Part shown: positions 49,870-63,691 of the stretch, piece by piece
Numbering within the stretch: position 1 is the first letter of the stretch
Layout of the letters: each line of letters opens with the position of its first letter
Assembly: GCF_963921235.1 (NCBI RefSeq)
Contig: NC_086097.1
Location: 3,100,001-3,164,000, forward strand
Origin: Mobula hypostoma
Lineage: Eukaryota
Direction: 5' to 3'
Length of the DNA: 64,000 nucleotides
Position numbers and translations under genes: made by a program
The notes under the pieces: generated by a model
What the model was told of the DNA's origin: nothing
The model's database searches: none
The model's input: only the letters and a program-made list of their open reading frames with translations

Positions 49870-52800
49870 CAGTATTTCAGTGGAGTAAGGGAAGTTACAG
49901 TAGTATGAGAGAGGAGTTGGCCAAAGTAAATTGGAAGGAGCTGCTGGTAGGAGCTGGATGTCAGCGGAGCAGCAATGGTGTGCATTTCTGGGAAAAATAA
50001 GGAAGGTGCAGGACATGTGTATTCCAAAAATGAAGAAATACTCAAATGGTAAAATAGTACAACCATGGCTGTCAAGGGAAGTCAAAGCTATTGTAAAAGC
50101 AAAAGAAAGGGCATACAACAAAGCAAAAATTAGTGGGAAGATGGAGGATTGGGAAGTTTTTAAAACCTATGGAGAACAACTAAAAAAATCATTAGAAGGG
50201 AAAAGATGAAATATGAAAGCAAGCTAGCAAACAATATCAAAGTGGATAGTAAAAGCTTTTTCAATTATGTTAAAAATAAACGAGAAATGGGAATGGATAT
50301 AGGACCACTAGAAAATGAGACAAGAGAAATAATAACGGGGGACAACGAGATGGCTGCTGAATTAAATGAGTATTTTGCATCAGTCTTCATTGTGGAGGAC
50401 ACTAGCAGTGTGCCTGATGTTGTATTTAGTGAAGGAAGAGAAGTGGGTGCAGTCTCTGTTACAAGAGAGAAGGTGCTCGAAAGGTTGAAAGACCTAAAGG
50501 TACATAAGTCACCTGGACCAGGTGAACTGCACCCTAGGGTTCTGAAAGCGTATGGTTATGCACTTTGACAGAAGAAATAAACGGGCAGACTATTATTTAA
50601 ATGGGGAGAGAATTCAAAGTTCTGAGATGCAACGGGACTTGGGAGTCCTCGTGCAGGATACCCTTAAGGTTAACCTCCAGGTTGAGTCGGTGCTGAAGAA
50701 TTCTAGAGGAATAGAGTATAGGAGCAGGGATGTGATGTTGAGACTCTATAAGGCACTGGTAAGACCTCACTTGGAGTACTGTGAACAGTTTTGGTCTCCT
50801 TATTTAAGAAAGGATGTGCTGACGTTGGAGAGGTTACAGAGAAGATTCACTAGAATGATTCCGTGAATGAGAGGGTTACCATATGAGGAACGTTTGTCTG
50901 CTCTTGGACTGTACTCCTTGGAGTTTAGAAGAATGAGGGGGGACCTCATAGAAACATTTCGAATGTTGAAAGGCATGGACAGAGTGGATGTGGCAAAGTT
51001 GTTTCCCATGATGGGAGAGTCTAGTACGAGAGGGCATGACTTAAGGATTGAAGGGTGCCCATTCAGAACAGAGATGCGAAGAAATTTTTTTAGCCAGAGG
51101 ATGGTGAATCTATGAAATTTGTTGCCACGGGCAGCAGTGGAGGCCAAGTCATTTGGTGTATTTAAGGCAGAGATTGATAGGTATCTGAGTAGCCAGGGCA
51201 TCAAAGGTTATGGTGAGAAGGCGGGGGAGTGGGACTAAATGGGAGAATGGATCAGCTCATGATAAAATGGCGGCGCAGACTCAATGGGCTGAATGGCTTC
51301 TGCTCCTTTGTTTTATGGTCTTATGTTAGAGATTGTGGTGGCTTTAGAAATTATCTTTCAAAAATCATTGGACTCTGGCATGGCGCCAGAGGACTGGAAA
51401 ATTGCAAATATCACTCCAATCTTTAAGAAAGGAAGAAGACATCAGAAAGGAAATTATAGACCATTTAGTCTGGCCTCAGTGGTTGGGAAAATATGAGAGT
51501 CAACTGTTAAGGATGAGGTAATGGAGTACTTGGTGACACAGGACAAGATAGTACAAAGTGCCACCACACATGAGGCTGCTTACCACGTTAAGAGTCCATG
51601 GTATTACAGCAAAGTTACTAACATAGTTAGAGTATTGACCGATTGGTAGGAGGCAGTGAGTGGGAATGAAAAGGATCTTTTTCTTGTTGGCAGCTAGTGA
51701 CTCGTGGTGTTCCACAGGGGATGGTGTTGGGACCACTTCTTTTTATGCTGTATATAAATGATTTAGATAACGAAATAGATGGCTTTGTTGCCAAGTTTGC
51801 AGTTGATATGAAAATTGGTGGAGGGGCAGGTAGTGTTGAGGAAACAGGTAGGATGCAGAAGGACTTGAACAGATTAGGAGAATGGGAAGAAAGTGGCAAA
51901 TAAAACACGATGTTGGAAAATGCATGGTCATACACTTTCGTAGTAGTAATAAATGTGTGGACTATTTTCTAAATGGGGAGAGGATCCAGGAATCTGAGAT
52001 GCAGAGGGACTTGGGAGTCCTTGTGCTGGTTGAGTTGGTGGTGAGGGAGGCAAATGCCACGTTAGCATTCGTTTCAAGAGGTCTAGAATACAAGAGCAGG
52101 GATGTGATGCTGAGGCTTTATAAAGCACTGGTGAGGCCTCACCTTGAGTATTGTGAACAGTTTGGGGCCCCTCATCGTAGTAAAGATTTGCTGGCATTGG
52201 AGAGGGTCCAGAGGAGGTTCACAAGGATGATTCCAGGAATGAAAGTGTTATGTACCCCTAGTGTTCGTATTTTCTGTGGACTATCACTTTAAAACGTCGG
52301 GAGAATGAGACTGACTTTTGGACACTGTTTGAGCTGTTACAGAGAGAGAGGGAGGGACGAAGCCTGCCTTGAGATGGTGTTTATATGAACTCTAAAGCGT
52401 ATTTACACTTATACAAGGACGCTGTCTGCTTGTGAGTTCTTACAGAGAGAGAGCAACGAGCAGCTCGTGAGTCACCATGGTGACCGAGGGCGGTGTTATT
52501 TGATAGACAGCTGGTGTTCAGCATGTTTGGATAAATACAAGGTCAGCTGGTTGTTAGACACACGGATTTGGACACTGGATGAGTTTTGTGTGCCCACAGA
52601 AAGGTGGGTTTTGGAGGATCGAGCGGGAGAATCGATCAGTGGCTCTCGCAGGGTGGAAAAGGTGTGACCGGTGGGAAGTTATCAGTGTTACAGCCTTTGC
52701 CTGGGTTGATAACTTTACCACAGAAGACGGTCTCCTTTTTGTGGTCACATTCGGTGACTTTAAAGGAAGAGAAGAGGGGAGAGGAAGGTTTGAAACAGAA

Positions 52801-53970
52801 GAAACCTAGTGACAAAGCAGTCACTGTTTGTACTCTATCCTCTCGCCCGTAAGGGTGAGTTTGAGTTCCATTTGAATACGAAGATGTGACTGTCATGTAG
52901 TTAATCCACAGGAGGGGTTCTCTGGTGAGGGGAGTACCTTTGTGAATACCACTTGTGTGTTACCCTTTGTCTGGGTGTGGTAGTTCACCGAAGAAAGGCA
53001 CCCCGTGACAAATTTCGTATGTTGTGGAACTGGATAAGTGGCTATCATTTTGTGTGTTTGGGGTAACCTAGTGGAATCTACCGGTATGTCGACCCTTGCC
53101 TGGGTGGTGGTTCCCTTGAAGAGGATCCCCTTTGTGATAGGCTACTGTTGGTGATAATCCATACGTGGATTCTGTTGGAGTATCCTGTGGCCACCACTTT
53201 GAGATGTCCCGTAGCTGAATTCGGGTGTGGTACCACTTGTGTTGAAAGGATATTCCTTGAAGATCACTGTCGGTGATATTTCATGTGTGGAGTGGAACAA
53301 CTTTGAAGATAAAACCTACTACTATTGTTCTTTTGTAATGCTGTCGTGGAATCTGTGGAATATCGACGTTAAATGCCTTCTCACAACATTCGCCTTTGGA
53401 TTACAAACATCTCGCATGAATTAACCTGTGCACCTGAATTGAACTTTTCTTACCTACCATTGTAAGATTGTATCAATTACCACCGGAGCATAGAAAAGCT
53501 TAAGTCCTGTATTTCCACACTTATATATATAATCATTGCTAACCTGTTTGATTTACTTGGTTTTTATTTTACTGTTTTGCGTAGTTGCTAATAAACTAGC
53601 TTTAGTAAATAGCAATACCAGACTCCAGTGTTTTTCCATTTCTGCTGGTTCTTTAACCCTTTACGGGGTACGTAACAAAAGGGTTATCATACGATGAACG
53701 TTTGTGGAGATGCAAAGAAATTTCTTTAACCAAAGTGTGGTGAATTTGTGGAATTTGTTCCCACATGCAGCTGTGGAGGCCAGGTCGTTGGGTGTATTTA
53801 AGGCAGAGATTGATAGGTTCTTTACTGGACATGGCATCAAAGGTTACTGGGAATAGGCCAGGAACTGGGGTTGAGGAGGACATAGAAAAAAGGATCAGCC
53901 ATGATTGAATGGCAGAGCAGACTCGATGGGCCAGATGGCCTAATTCTGCTCCTATATCTTATGGTCTTCG
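49870..53970 (+). mobile_element. CR1 mosaic: outer copy with a nested CR1 3' fragment (about 50548-51324) and a solo LTR
   Basis: Successive CR1 ORF2 fragments. ctagggttctgaaa resumes as gttagagattgtgg after the nested tail, and resumes again after the LTR at 53678. Confidence 0.8.
52246..53677 (+). mobile_element. Solo LTR (probably Gypsy), 1432 bp
   Basis: TGTTATGTACCCC...GGGGTACGTAACA (13-bp inverted ends, 1 mismatch). Perfect 4-bp TSD aaag at 52242-52245 and 53678-53681. AATAAA near 53590. Confidence 0.88.
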
Positions 53971-54139
53971 GTCTTTATCATTCATTTGCTTTACAGCAGA
54001 TTTTCATTTAGATTAATATTGATGTATTTGTTGATAGACTTGATGTTTCAGAAACAGTTTCTTCCTCTCCACCATTAGGTTTCTGAATGGTCCTTGAGCA
54101 GTAACTTCATGTACCTTCATTCTGCAGTGTTTTTTTTAG

Positions 54140-55245
54140 ATCAGAAGCTACGGCAGCTTTTCCCCAGAATCTTGCTTGCTGTTTCTGTCATCACTGTGTT
54201 AAAATCATTTGTGGTGGTCTCCAGGTCTTCAGCAAAGAGGAGTATTGGTGTAAACTTCCCCCCAACTGCTGCCTGAAATTCTTCAGAGATGGCGGTGTCT
54301 TTCAGTTCTTCAAGGTCGAATCTCAGCCGACTGTTTTTTGGCTTGTTGATTCTCCTCAAGCGCACTCTGATGTTCATCATGACAAGGTCATGGTCACTGC
54401 CCACGTCTGCACTTGGGAATGTTCTGGTCTTCGGTCTGTTCACACCAGATTTGTGCCATCTTTGCCCCAGGATGTAGTCGATCTGGTGATGTTGACCATT
54501 GGGACATGCCAGGTCCATCTTCGGGAAGGTTTGTGCTCTCCAAGTGTGTTTGACAGCACCATGTTGTTATAACTGGCAAATTCCAGCAGGCGCAGTGCCC
54601 TCTCATTGGAGGTGTCATTGCATGAGGGGCCGATGAGATCCCCCCCACTCATCTTGTGAGTCTTTGCGCACCTTGGAAACCAGTCACCCTGAAAGATCAA
54701 AATATCTTTTAAGTCCACCTTGTCAATGACATCTTGTAGTTTCTTATAGAATTCTGCAATGTGCTCATTGTCGTAGTCTGTTGTTGGGGTGTAGGCTCGT
54801 GCCACTGTGAGGTTGAATGGCTTCACTCACAGGCGGATGGTCATTAGCCTGCTTGACACTGGTTGGCATCCTAGAACAGTGTTCTTGATGGATTTGTTGA
54901 CTAGGAACCCTACGCCATTTTCATGGCTGTTCTCTTCTCCGCTGTAATGGAGTACATGTCCTTCCTCAGTATGCACTTCTCTAGCGTTCTTCCATTTGGC
55001 TTCACAGAGCCTGAGGAGGTGCCAGTTGTATCTTTCCATCTGATGTGTGAGTTCCTTGAGTTTCCCTGCTTGGTTCAGCATTCTTACATTCCATGTGGCG
55101 ATTGTGATGTTCTCTCTGCCAGGGATCTTCTGTGTCAAATCACCAGTAGCACATTTATTGCGTCCGCCCTGGTGCGAGACGGATAGCGCGGTCATTGGTA
55201 ACCCGGGCTGCGACCAATCCAGTATGAAGTTGCTTTCTACAGATA
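54140..55245 (-). mobile_element. RTE-clade LINE endonuclease region
   Basis: IATWNVR, NGVGFLV, QIDYIL, GSDHDLV. Confidence 0.85.
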
Positions 55246-55374
55246 CTGAACGTCCAGTGCAACCCAGACAAGATGCTGGAGGAACTCAACAGGTCAGATA
55301 GCATCCATAGAAGTGATTAAACAGTCGACAATTCAGGTCAAGAGCCTGCATCAGAGCTGGAAGGGGAGAAGGAT

Positions 55375-56553
55375 GACAGCTCTGCATTCAATACTGTAAT
55401 CCCCTCAAAACTAATCAACAAGCTTCAAGACCTTGGTCTCAATACCTCCTTGTGCAATTGGATTCTCGGTTTTCTCCCCTGCAGTCCCTAGTCAATTTGG
55501 ATTGGCAACAACATCTCCTCCACAATTTCCCTCAGCACAGGTGCAGCACAAGGCTGTGTGCTTAGCCTCCTGCTCTACTCGCTTTACAGTTATCACTGTA
55601 TGGCCAAGCACAGCTCCAATGCCATATTCAAGTTTGCTGATGACTTCACCGTTGTGACAAATCAGCATATAGGAGGGAGATTGAAACAACATCATCTTAC
55701 CCAATGTCAGCAAGACCAAGGAGCTGATTATGGACTTAAGAAGGAGGAAACCGGTCCATGAATCATTCCTCATCGGAGGATCAGAGATGGAGGGGTTCTG
55801 CAACTTTAAATTCCTCGGTGTTGTCATTTCCGAGGACCTGTTCTGGGCCCTGCACGTAAGTGCCATTACAAAGAAAGCACAGCAGTGTCTCTACTTCTTT
55901 AGGAGTTTTCAAAAATTTGGCATGACATTTAAAACTTTGACAAACTTTTATAGATGTGTGGTGGAGAGTATATTGACTGGCTATATCACAGCCTGGTATG
56001 GAAACACCAATGCCTTTGAAAATCCTACAAAAAGTATTGGATATGGCCCAGTCCGTCACGGGTAAAGCCCTCCCTAACACTGAGCACATCTACATGGAGC
56101 GTTGTCACAAAAAAGCAGCATCTGTCTTCAGGGACCCTGACCACCCAGGTCATGCATTCTTCTCGCTGCTGCTATCAGGAAGAAGGTACAGGAGCCTCAG
56201 GACTCAAACCAGCAGGTTCAGGTACAGTTGTTACCCCTCAACCTTCAGGCTCTTGAATCAGAGGGGTTAACTTCACTCACCTCATCACGGAACTGTTCCC
56301 ACAACCTATGAACTCACTTTTAAGTACTCTTCATTGCATACTTATTGTTTGTTTATTTATTTTCTCTTTCTTTTTGTATTTGCACAGTTTGTTTTTTTTT
56401 GCATATTGTCTGTTGCCTGTCCTGTTGGGTGTGATCCTTCTTTGATTCATTGTGTTTCTTGTATCTACTGTGATTGCCTGCAAGAAAATGAATCTGAGGA
56501 TTGTACATGGTGACATGTATGTGCTTTGATAATAAATTTGCTTTGAACTTTGA
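55375..56553 (+). mobile_element. Rex1/Babar LINE, 5'-truncated
   Basis: KFADD, FKFLGVVISEDL, KKAQQCLYF; tail ttgataataaatttgctttgaactttg. Confidence 0.85.
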
Positions 56554-56894
56554 TGTGTGCTCACAACTCCATTCAACACACTCAAAAAACTTTCAAGAAT
56601 GGTATCATGGTGTTAATTTACTGGACTAACAGTTTAAGGTTTGGGCCATTGATCTAGAAATAAAGTTCAAAGTAAATTTATTACCAAACTACATATATCT
56701 CATGGTATACTAGCCTGAGATTCATTTGGTTGTGGGCATTCACAGTAAATACAGAGAAACATAATTGAATCAATGAAAAACTGTGCACAACTAAAAGGAA
56801 CAAACAACCAATGTGCAAAGGACAACAATCTGTACAAATACAAAATAAAACATATATAAATAAGCAATAAATATCCAGAACACTTGAAGCTGTT

Positions 56895-57761
56895 TGGTGA
56901 AGCAATTGCAGCTTTATGGGGAAGTGGCAAAGAGAAAGCCACTATTGAAAAAAGCAAACAGATGAAATCTCGGCTAGAGGTTGCCAGAAGGCACGTGGGA
57001 GACTTTGAAATTGACTGGAAGAGGGTTCTATGGTCTGATGAAAGCAAAATTGTACTTTTTTGGCCATCAGACTAAATGCTCTGTTTGGCATCAGCCAAAC
57101 ACTGCACATCATCAAAAACACAGCATCCCTACCATGAAGCTTGGTGGTGGCTGCTCACGCTGTGGGGATGCTTCACTGCAGCAGGCCCTGGAAGGCTTGT
57201 GACGGTAGAGGGTAAAATGAATGCAGCAAAATTAAGGGAATTCTTGGAGGAAAACCTGATGCAGGCTGCAAAATGACTGCGACTTGGGAGATTTCTTTTC
57301 CAGCATGACAATGACCCAAGCATAAAGCCAAAGCTACGCAGGAATGGCTTAAAAACAACAAAGTTAATGTCCTGGAGTGGCTAAGTCAGAGTCCAGACCT
57401 CAATCCAATTGAGAATTTGTGGCTGGACTTGAAAAGGGATGTTCACTCATGATCCCCATGTAATCTGACAGAGCTTGAGCAGTTTTGTAAAGAAGAATGG
57501 GGAAAATTTCCAGTGTCTAGATGTGCAGAGCTGATTTAGATCTATCCACACAGACTCAGGGCTATCATTGCTGCCAACGGTGCATCTACTATACTGACTT
57601 GAAGGAAGAGAATACTTATGACCCGAAAGAGTTTTTCTGTTGATCAGTGTCATAAAAAGCCGGATTAGATCCATTGTGATGCAATGTTACAGAACTATAA
57701 AACATGAAAACTTCCGGGGGCTGGGGGGCGGGGGGGGGGTGAATACTTTTTATGGGCACTA
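56895..57761 (+). mobile_element. Tc1 transposon 3' half (same family as 15618-22195)
   Basis: VLWSDESK and GPGRLV..EGKMNAAK. Right terminus ggggtgaatactttttatgggcact is complementary to the left end at 15618. Confidence 0.85.
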
Positions 57762-57944
57762 TAAATTAGGGATTTCTAAGAGATATTTAGATAGGCACAT
57801 GAATGTGAGGAAATTGGAAGGATATGGACATTGTGTCGACAGAAGGGATTAGTTCAGTTGGCCATTTGGTTCCTAATGAAACCTGTGGGCTGGAGAGCCT
57901 GCTGCTATGCTGTACCATTCTGTGTTCTCTGATTTGGATGCTCA

Positions 57945-58662
57945 AAGGTCCTGTCCTGGGCCCAGCACGTAAGTGCAATGGTGAAGAAAGCACAGCAGTG
58001 CCCCTATTTCCTCAGGAATTTGTGGAGATTCTGCATGACATCTAACTTTGACAAACCTCTATTGATGTGTAATGGTGAGTATATAATGACTGGCTGCATC
58101 ACAGCCTGGTATGTAAACACCAATGCTCTTGAATCCTACAAACAGTTATGGATATGGCCCAGTTCATCATGGGTACTACCCTCCCTACCACTGAGCACAT
58201 CTACACAGAGTGTTGTTGCAGGAAAGCTGCATCCATCATCAGAGACCCCCACCACCCAGGTCATGCTCTCTTTTCATTGCTGCTAGCAGGAAGGTGATAA
58301 ACGAGCCTCAGGACTCGCACCATCAGGGTCAGGAACTCCTCAACCATCTGGCTCTTTAACCCAAAGGGGTTAACCACTCAGTTTCACTCATCCCATCACC
58401 GGACTGTTCCCACAACTTTCAAGGTCTCCTTATCTCATGTTCTTGATATTTATTGCTTATTTATGATGATGATTATTATTTATTTTTGTATTTGCACAGT
58501 TTGTTGTCATTTGTACACTGGCTGTATGCCCAGTGTATGTGGTCTGTCCTTGATTCTATTACGGTTATTAGATTATTGAGTATGCCCACAAGAAAATGCA
58601 TCTGAGGGTTGTATATGGTGACATTTATGTACTTTGATAATAAATTCACTTTGAACTTTGAA
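57945..58662 (+). mobile_element. Rex1/Babar 3' fragment
   Basis: VKKAQQCPYFLR and TGCITAWY; same tail as at about 56550. Confidence 0.75.
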
Positions 58663-58664
58663 GA

Positions 58665-58965
58665 TGCCAGAATAAAAATATGGGGGAGGGGAAGGAGGAC
58701 AAGATAGAAGGTGATAGGTGAAGCTAGGTGGGTGGGAAAGGTAAAGGGCTGGGCGAGAAAGAATCAGACAGGAGAGGATTGTGGGCCATGTGAGGAAGGG
58801 AAGGGGGATGGGATAGGCAGGTGAGAGGCCAGAGTGGGGAGGGGGAGGGAAGAGTTTTTTTAACTGGAAGGAGAAATTAATATTCATGTTATCAGGTTGA
58901 AGGTTACCCAAATGGAATATAAGGTGTTGCTCCTTCACTTTGAGGGTGTCCTTATTCTGGCACAA
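58665..58965 (-). mobile_element. Penelope-like fragment
   Basis: EQHLIFHLGNLQPDNMNINFS. Confidence 0.7.
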
Positions 58966-59773
58966 GAACCGTCTTAACATTGTGCAAAGAGGTGATCTTC
59001 AATTATGTCAAGCCAGATATGGTTGCAACCAGATATTCAAAAACTCGCTAGTTTGCATCAGTTGCAAGGATCTCACTAAGTATCAGCTTTTTCATTGCTG
59101 GCATTGCTCATTGCTGGCCGGAAAAAAATATATATATATCCTATTCAGGGCCTTGAAATCATTTTATTTTTCACATACAACTGTAACATATTTAATATAA
59201 TGCCTACAACCTGTTAAAATATAAATATTGACTGTATATTAGCATAGTAAGTACAGCTGAACAAACAAAACTTTAGTAACTAACAGAGACTAACGAGGGT
59301 GAGTATCACAGAGGAAAATAAAAGTGACAAGTGGGCCATGAGTAGGAAACAGTTGAGAACCACCAATTAGCTCACAAAACAGACTAGAAATAATCTCTGT
59401 GGTGGGGGAGTCTAGGACAAGAGGGCATAGCCTCAAGATAGAGGGGCATCCATTTAAAACGGAGATGTGGAGACATTTCTTTAACCAGAGGGTGGTGAAT
59501 TTGTGGAATTTATTCCCACAGGCAGGATCACCAGAGGATCGGCCCACAATTTCTGATATTTACCAGGAGCATTGCAGACAGAGGGCCCGAAACATTGTTG
59601 AAGGTCCCTACCATCTCCTTGACCCACTACCATGAGGAAGGGATACAGGAGCTTTAGGACTAAGACTGCCAGACTGGGTAACAGCTTCTCTCCTCAGGCT
59701 GTGAGACTAATGAATACCCTGCCACCACCGAGGTCTTGTTACTAGGACAGTGAGCTGTTTACTTTTACAGTTT

Positions 59774-61531
59774 GATCAGGAACGAAGAGTAGTCGGCACA
59801 ATCGTTGGTGACTGTAGAGGCTAGTTCTGGATCTGCAGCAGGGACATGGGAGCAGCTGGGGTGCGGGCACTTGGGGAGTAGGATCCTTCCTGCGTCTCCT
59901 CTTCAGCAGTCGCTCCTCTGGATTCCTTAGAATTCGTGGCTGCTCCGTGAATCAGTGTTCTCCAGTGGTCTCTGTCACAAGCCTGCTGCTGCCGCTCTTT
60001 AACCTTGCTATTTGCCTGACAGAGCTGCTGCTTCGAACGTTGAAAGGACTAGATAGGGTGGATGTGGCCTATGGTGGGGAGACCAGAACTGGAGGATACA
60101 GCCTCAAAACTGAGGGGTGAGCCTTTAGAACACAGGTAAGGAGGAATTATTTTAGCCAGAGAGTAGTGGGTCTGTGGAATGCTCTGCCACAGACTGCGGT
60201 GGAGCCATGTCCGTGAGAATATTTAAGGCGGAAGTTGATCGTTTCCAGATTGGTTATCAAAGGATATGGCGAGGATGCAGGTGTACGGGGTTGAGTGGGA
60301 TCCAGGATCGGTCATGATGGATTGGCTTGATACTGCTTCTATGTCCTACGGTCTTAAGCTGGTCTTTGTACCTCTTGCACGAGGCACCACAATCTCTCTT
60401 GCCCTGAGAGAGTTTCCCGTAGAGTACTGCTTTTGCAACCTGGATTTGTCCATGCAAGACACGTGGCCTGGCTGGCTGAGCTACCTGAACAGCAAAGTGG
60501 CTTCAGTGTTTGGGGCTTGAGCCTTCTCCAGGACCTCGTTGTTGGAGACACGATCCTGCCAGCTGATGCCCATGATGGAGCGGAGGCTGCACTGATGGAG
60601 TGCATGAGCAACTGGGTTTGCTTGTGGTACGAGACCCAGGCTTCGGAGGCGTATAGCAGTGTTGTGACAACAGCAGCCCTGTACACCTGGATTTTTGTGG
60701 ACTGATGCAACTGATGATTCTTCCACACATGCTTCTGGAGGCTCCTGAAGGCACTGCTGGCTCTGGCAAGTCGATTGTCCATGTCCCTTACTACCGTAGC
60801 ACCGCTGGAGATGATGCTGCCCAGGTAGGCGAACTGCTCAACTGTGGTGAGAGGGTGGCCGTCAGTGGCAATCTGAGGTAGGTTGTAAATGCCACAAAGG
60901 GACTTCTGATAGAGGATCATCGTTTTCTTCAGACTGAGTGTTGACCAAAAGCCCTTGCAGCCCTGGCAAACTGAATAACTGCAGCCTGTAGCACATCCTC
61001 TGTGTGCATGAGAAGAGCACAGTTGTCTGCATATAGTAGCTTGAGAATGGGCTCTTGCATGGTCTTTGCTTGGGCAAGAAGATGGTGGAGCTTGAATATA
61101 TTTCTGTCAGTGTGGAGCTGAATGTAGATGCTCTTTGAGGTGTTTCTTTCGCTTCCTGTAGCATCACGCTGAAAAAAATAGCAAAGAGCGTTGATGTAAA
61201 AACACAGCCTTGTTTCACACCGGTACTGATAGGGAATGGGTCAGACAGGTTGCTATTGTGTTTAACCTGACCATTTTGGCCTTCATGGAGCTGCTGAAGG
61301 ATGGTGGGGAATTTCGGGGGACAGCTGAGCTTTGACAGAATCTTCCAGTGCGGCTGACTGTATCAGAGGCCTTGGTCAGGTTAATGAACAGTACATGCAA
61401 ACCCATGTTCACGACGCTTCTCCTGTATCTGGCACAGGACAGAGATCATGTTTAATGTGCCTTTGTTCTCTTTGAATCTGCACTGACTCTCTGTGAGGTT
61501 ACCTTCAGCAACGGGAGGATTGCCATTGCCG
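59774..61531 (-). mobile_element. RTE-clade LINE with a nested plus-strand CR1 tail (about 60035-60355) and a 10-bp TSD
   Basis: FAYLGSIIS, KIQVYRAAVVTTLLY, KQGCVF. tttacagttt at 59764-59773 and 61532-61541. Confidence 0.85.
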
Positions 61532-61995
61532 TTTACAGTTTACCTGTGCTGTACACTACATGCATTTTGAATTATATATCATTAACCAATTTGCAGTAAT
61601 ATTTTGTTTAATATGTTTTGTGGGTTCACTGTGCTCTGAAGGAACATTGTTTCGTTTGGTTGTATATATGTACCATCAGATGATAATAAACTTGAACTCT
61701 GTGAATAACCATGCATAAAGTATTTGGAGGATTTATTGAAGCTGCACGAGACTGAAGATTAAAAAAGGTACATTTCAATACTGTTTGGACATTCACTTTG
61801 TTAATCTATCACCTTTGAATAAGTGCAATAAAGCTGATCAGGAATTTTGCAGATTTGTATTCTGAACATGTCCCACGTAAATCAAAATTAAACTGAGTGG
61901 TAATTTTGTAGTGTGTTTTTGTTGCTTTATTGTTTGTATTTCCCTTTTAATTAAATGTGCCTTACTCCTTGTTTCTTCTATTATCTTGCTTTTAG

Positions 61996-62106
61996 AGCCT
62001 TTTGGAACCATTTTCTAAATTACTGAGCTTTGTGATTCAGAATGGAGTCTTCACCCTTGCATACCTTGTTGAACTGTGTGGATTGTGTTATCGAGCATTC
62101 AATAAG
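61996..62106 (+). CDS. unc79: UNC79 coding exon: SLLEPFSKLLSFVIQNGVFTLAYLVELCGLCYRAFNK
   Basis: Long pyrimidine tract then tttAG acceptor, GTaaaa donor; 111 bp, phase 0-0. Confidence 0.95.
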
Positions 62107-62229
62107 GTAAAATCTTCACTTCCCTTTAGGATTTTTGTATTGAATAAATCTATATCTTTTTAAGGCCGCCTTATAAATAATGTCACGTCATGGTGAACGC
62201 ATTGACATGGTTCAGATGTATGGCTGTTA

Positions 62230-63690
62230 TAATCAGGATAGGATCACGCTTAATATCATCAGCATATGTCGTGAAATTTGTTAACTTTGCGGCAGCTGTA
62301 CAATGCAATATGTGACAAAATAGAAAAAATGAATTGCAGTAATTCAATATATGTATATTAACTAGCTAAAATAAGTAGTGTAAGAACAGAAATTAAAAAA
62401 AAGTATTGAGGTAGTGTTCATGGATTCAATGCCCATTTAGAAATAAGATGGCAGAGGGGAAGAAGCTGTTCCTGAATCACTGAGTGTGTGCCTTCTGGCT
62501 TCTGTACCTCCTACCTGATGGTAACAGTGAGAAAAGGGCATGCCCTGGGTGTGGAGGTCCTTAATGACGGACACCGCCTTTCTGAGACACCGCTCCTTTA
62601 AGATGTCGTGGATACTATGAAGGCTAGTACCCAAAATGGAGGTGACTAATTTTACAACTTTCTGCAGCTTACTGATCCTGTGCAGTAACGCTCCCCCCAT
62701 ACCAGACAGTGATGCAGCCTTTCAGAATGCCCTCCACAGTACAAACCAAATCTCCTCAAACTCCTAATGAAATATAGCTGCTATCTTGCCTTCTTTATAG
62801 CAGTATCAATATTTTGCAACTAGGTTATATCCTCAGAGACACTGACGCCCAGGAACTTGAAATTGATTGCTCTCTCCATTTCTGATTCCTCTGTGAGGAT
62901 TGGTGTGTGTTCCCTCATCTTACCTTTCTGAAGTCCACAATCAGCTCTTTGACCTTACTGATGTTGAGTGCCAGGTTGTTGCTGCGACACCACTCAGGTT
63001 GTTGGTATATCTCGCTCTCGTACACCCCCTCGTCTCTTTCTGAAATTCTGCCTACAATATTTGTATCATCAGCAGATTTATAGATGGTATTTGAGCTATG
63101 CCTAGCCACACGGCCATGGGTGTAGAGAGAGTCGAGCAGTGGGCTAAGCACACATCCCTGTGCACCAGTGTTGATTGTCAGCGAGATTGAGATGTTATCA
63201 CCAATCTGCTCAGATTGTAGTTTTCTGGTTAGGAAGTCAAAGGTCTAGTTGCAGACAGAGGCATAGAGGCCTAGGTCCTATAGCTTTTCGATCAGACCTG
63301 TAGGGATGATGGTGTTAAATGCCGAGCTACAGTCAATGAACAGAGTCCTGACATAGGTGTTGGTGTTGTCCAGGTGATCCAAGGCTGTATGGAGCCATTG
63401 AGATTGTGTCTGCCATAGACATATTGTGGTGATAGGCAAATTGCAGTAGGTCCAGGTTCTTACTGAAACAGGTGTTGATTCTAGCCATGACCAACCTCTT
63501 GAAGCATTTCATCTCCATAATTGTGATTGCTACTGGATGATAATTGTTGAGGCAGCTGACACTGCTCTTCTTCGACACTGGTATAATTGTTGTCCCTTTG
63601 AAACAGGTGGGAACTTCTGTCTGTAACAATGAGAGATTGTAAATGTCTTTGAATACCCTCGTCAGTTGGTTGGCACAAGTTTTCAGAGCC
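62230..63690 (-). mobile_element. Rex1/Babar LINE fragment
   Basis: VPTCFKGTTIIPV, LQFAY, LSPLL, KSADDT. Confidence 0.85.
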
Positions 63691-63691
63691 T

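Noticed and set aside
55321..55360. Minus-strand hammerhead remnant
   Set aside because: Both core boxes are mutated (ctgatgc, gaatt), so it is a decayed Penelope terminal-repeat fragment only.
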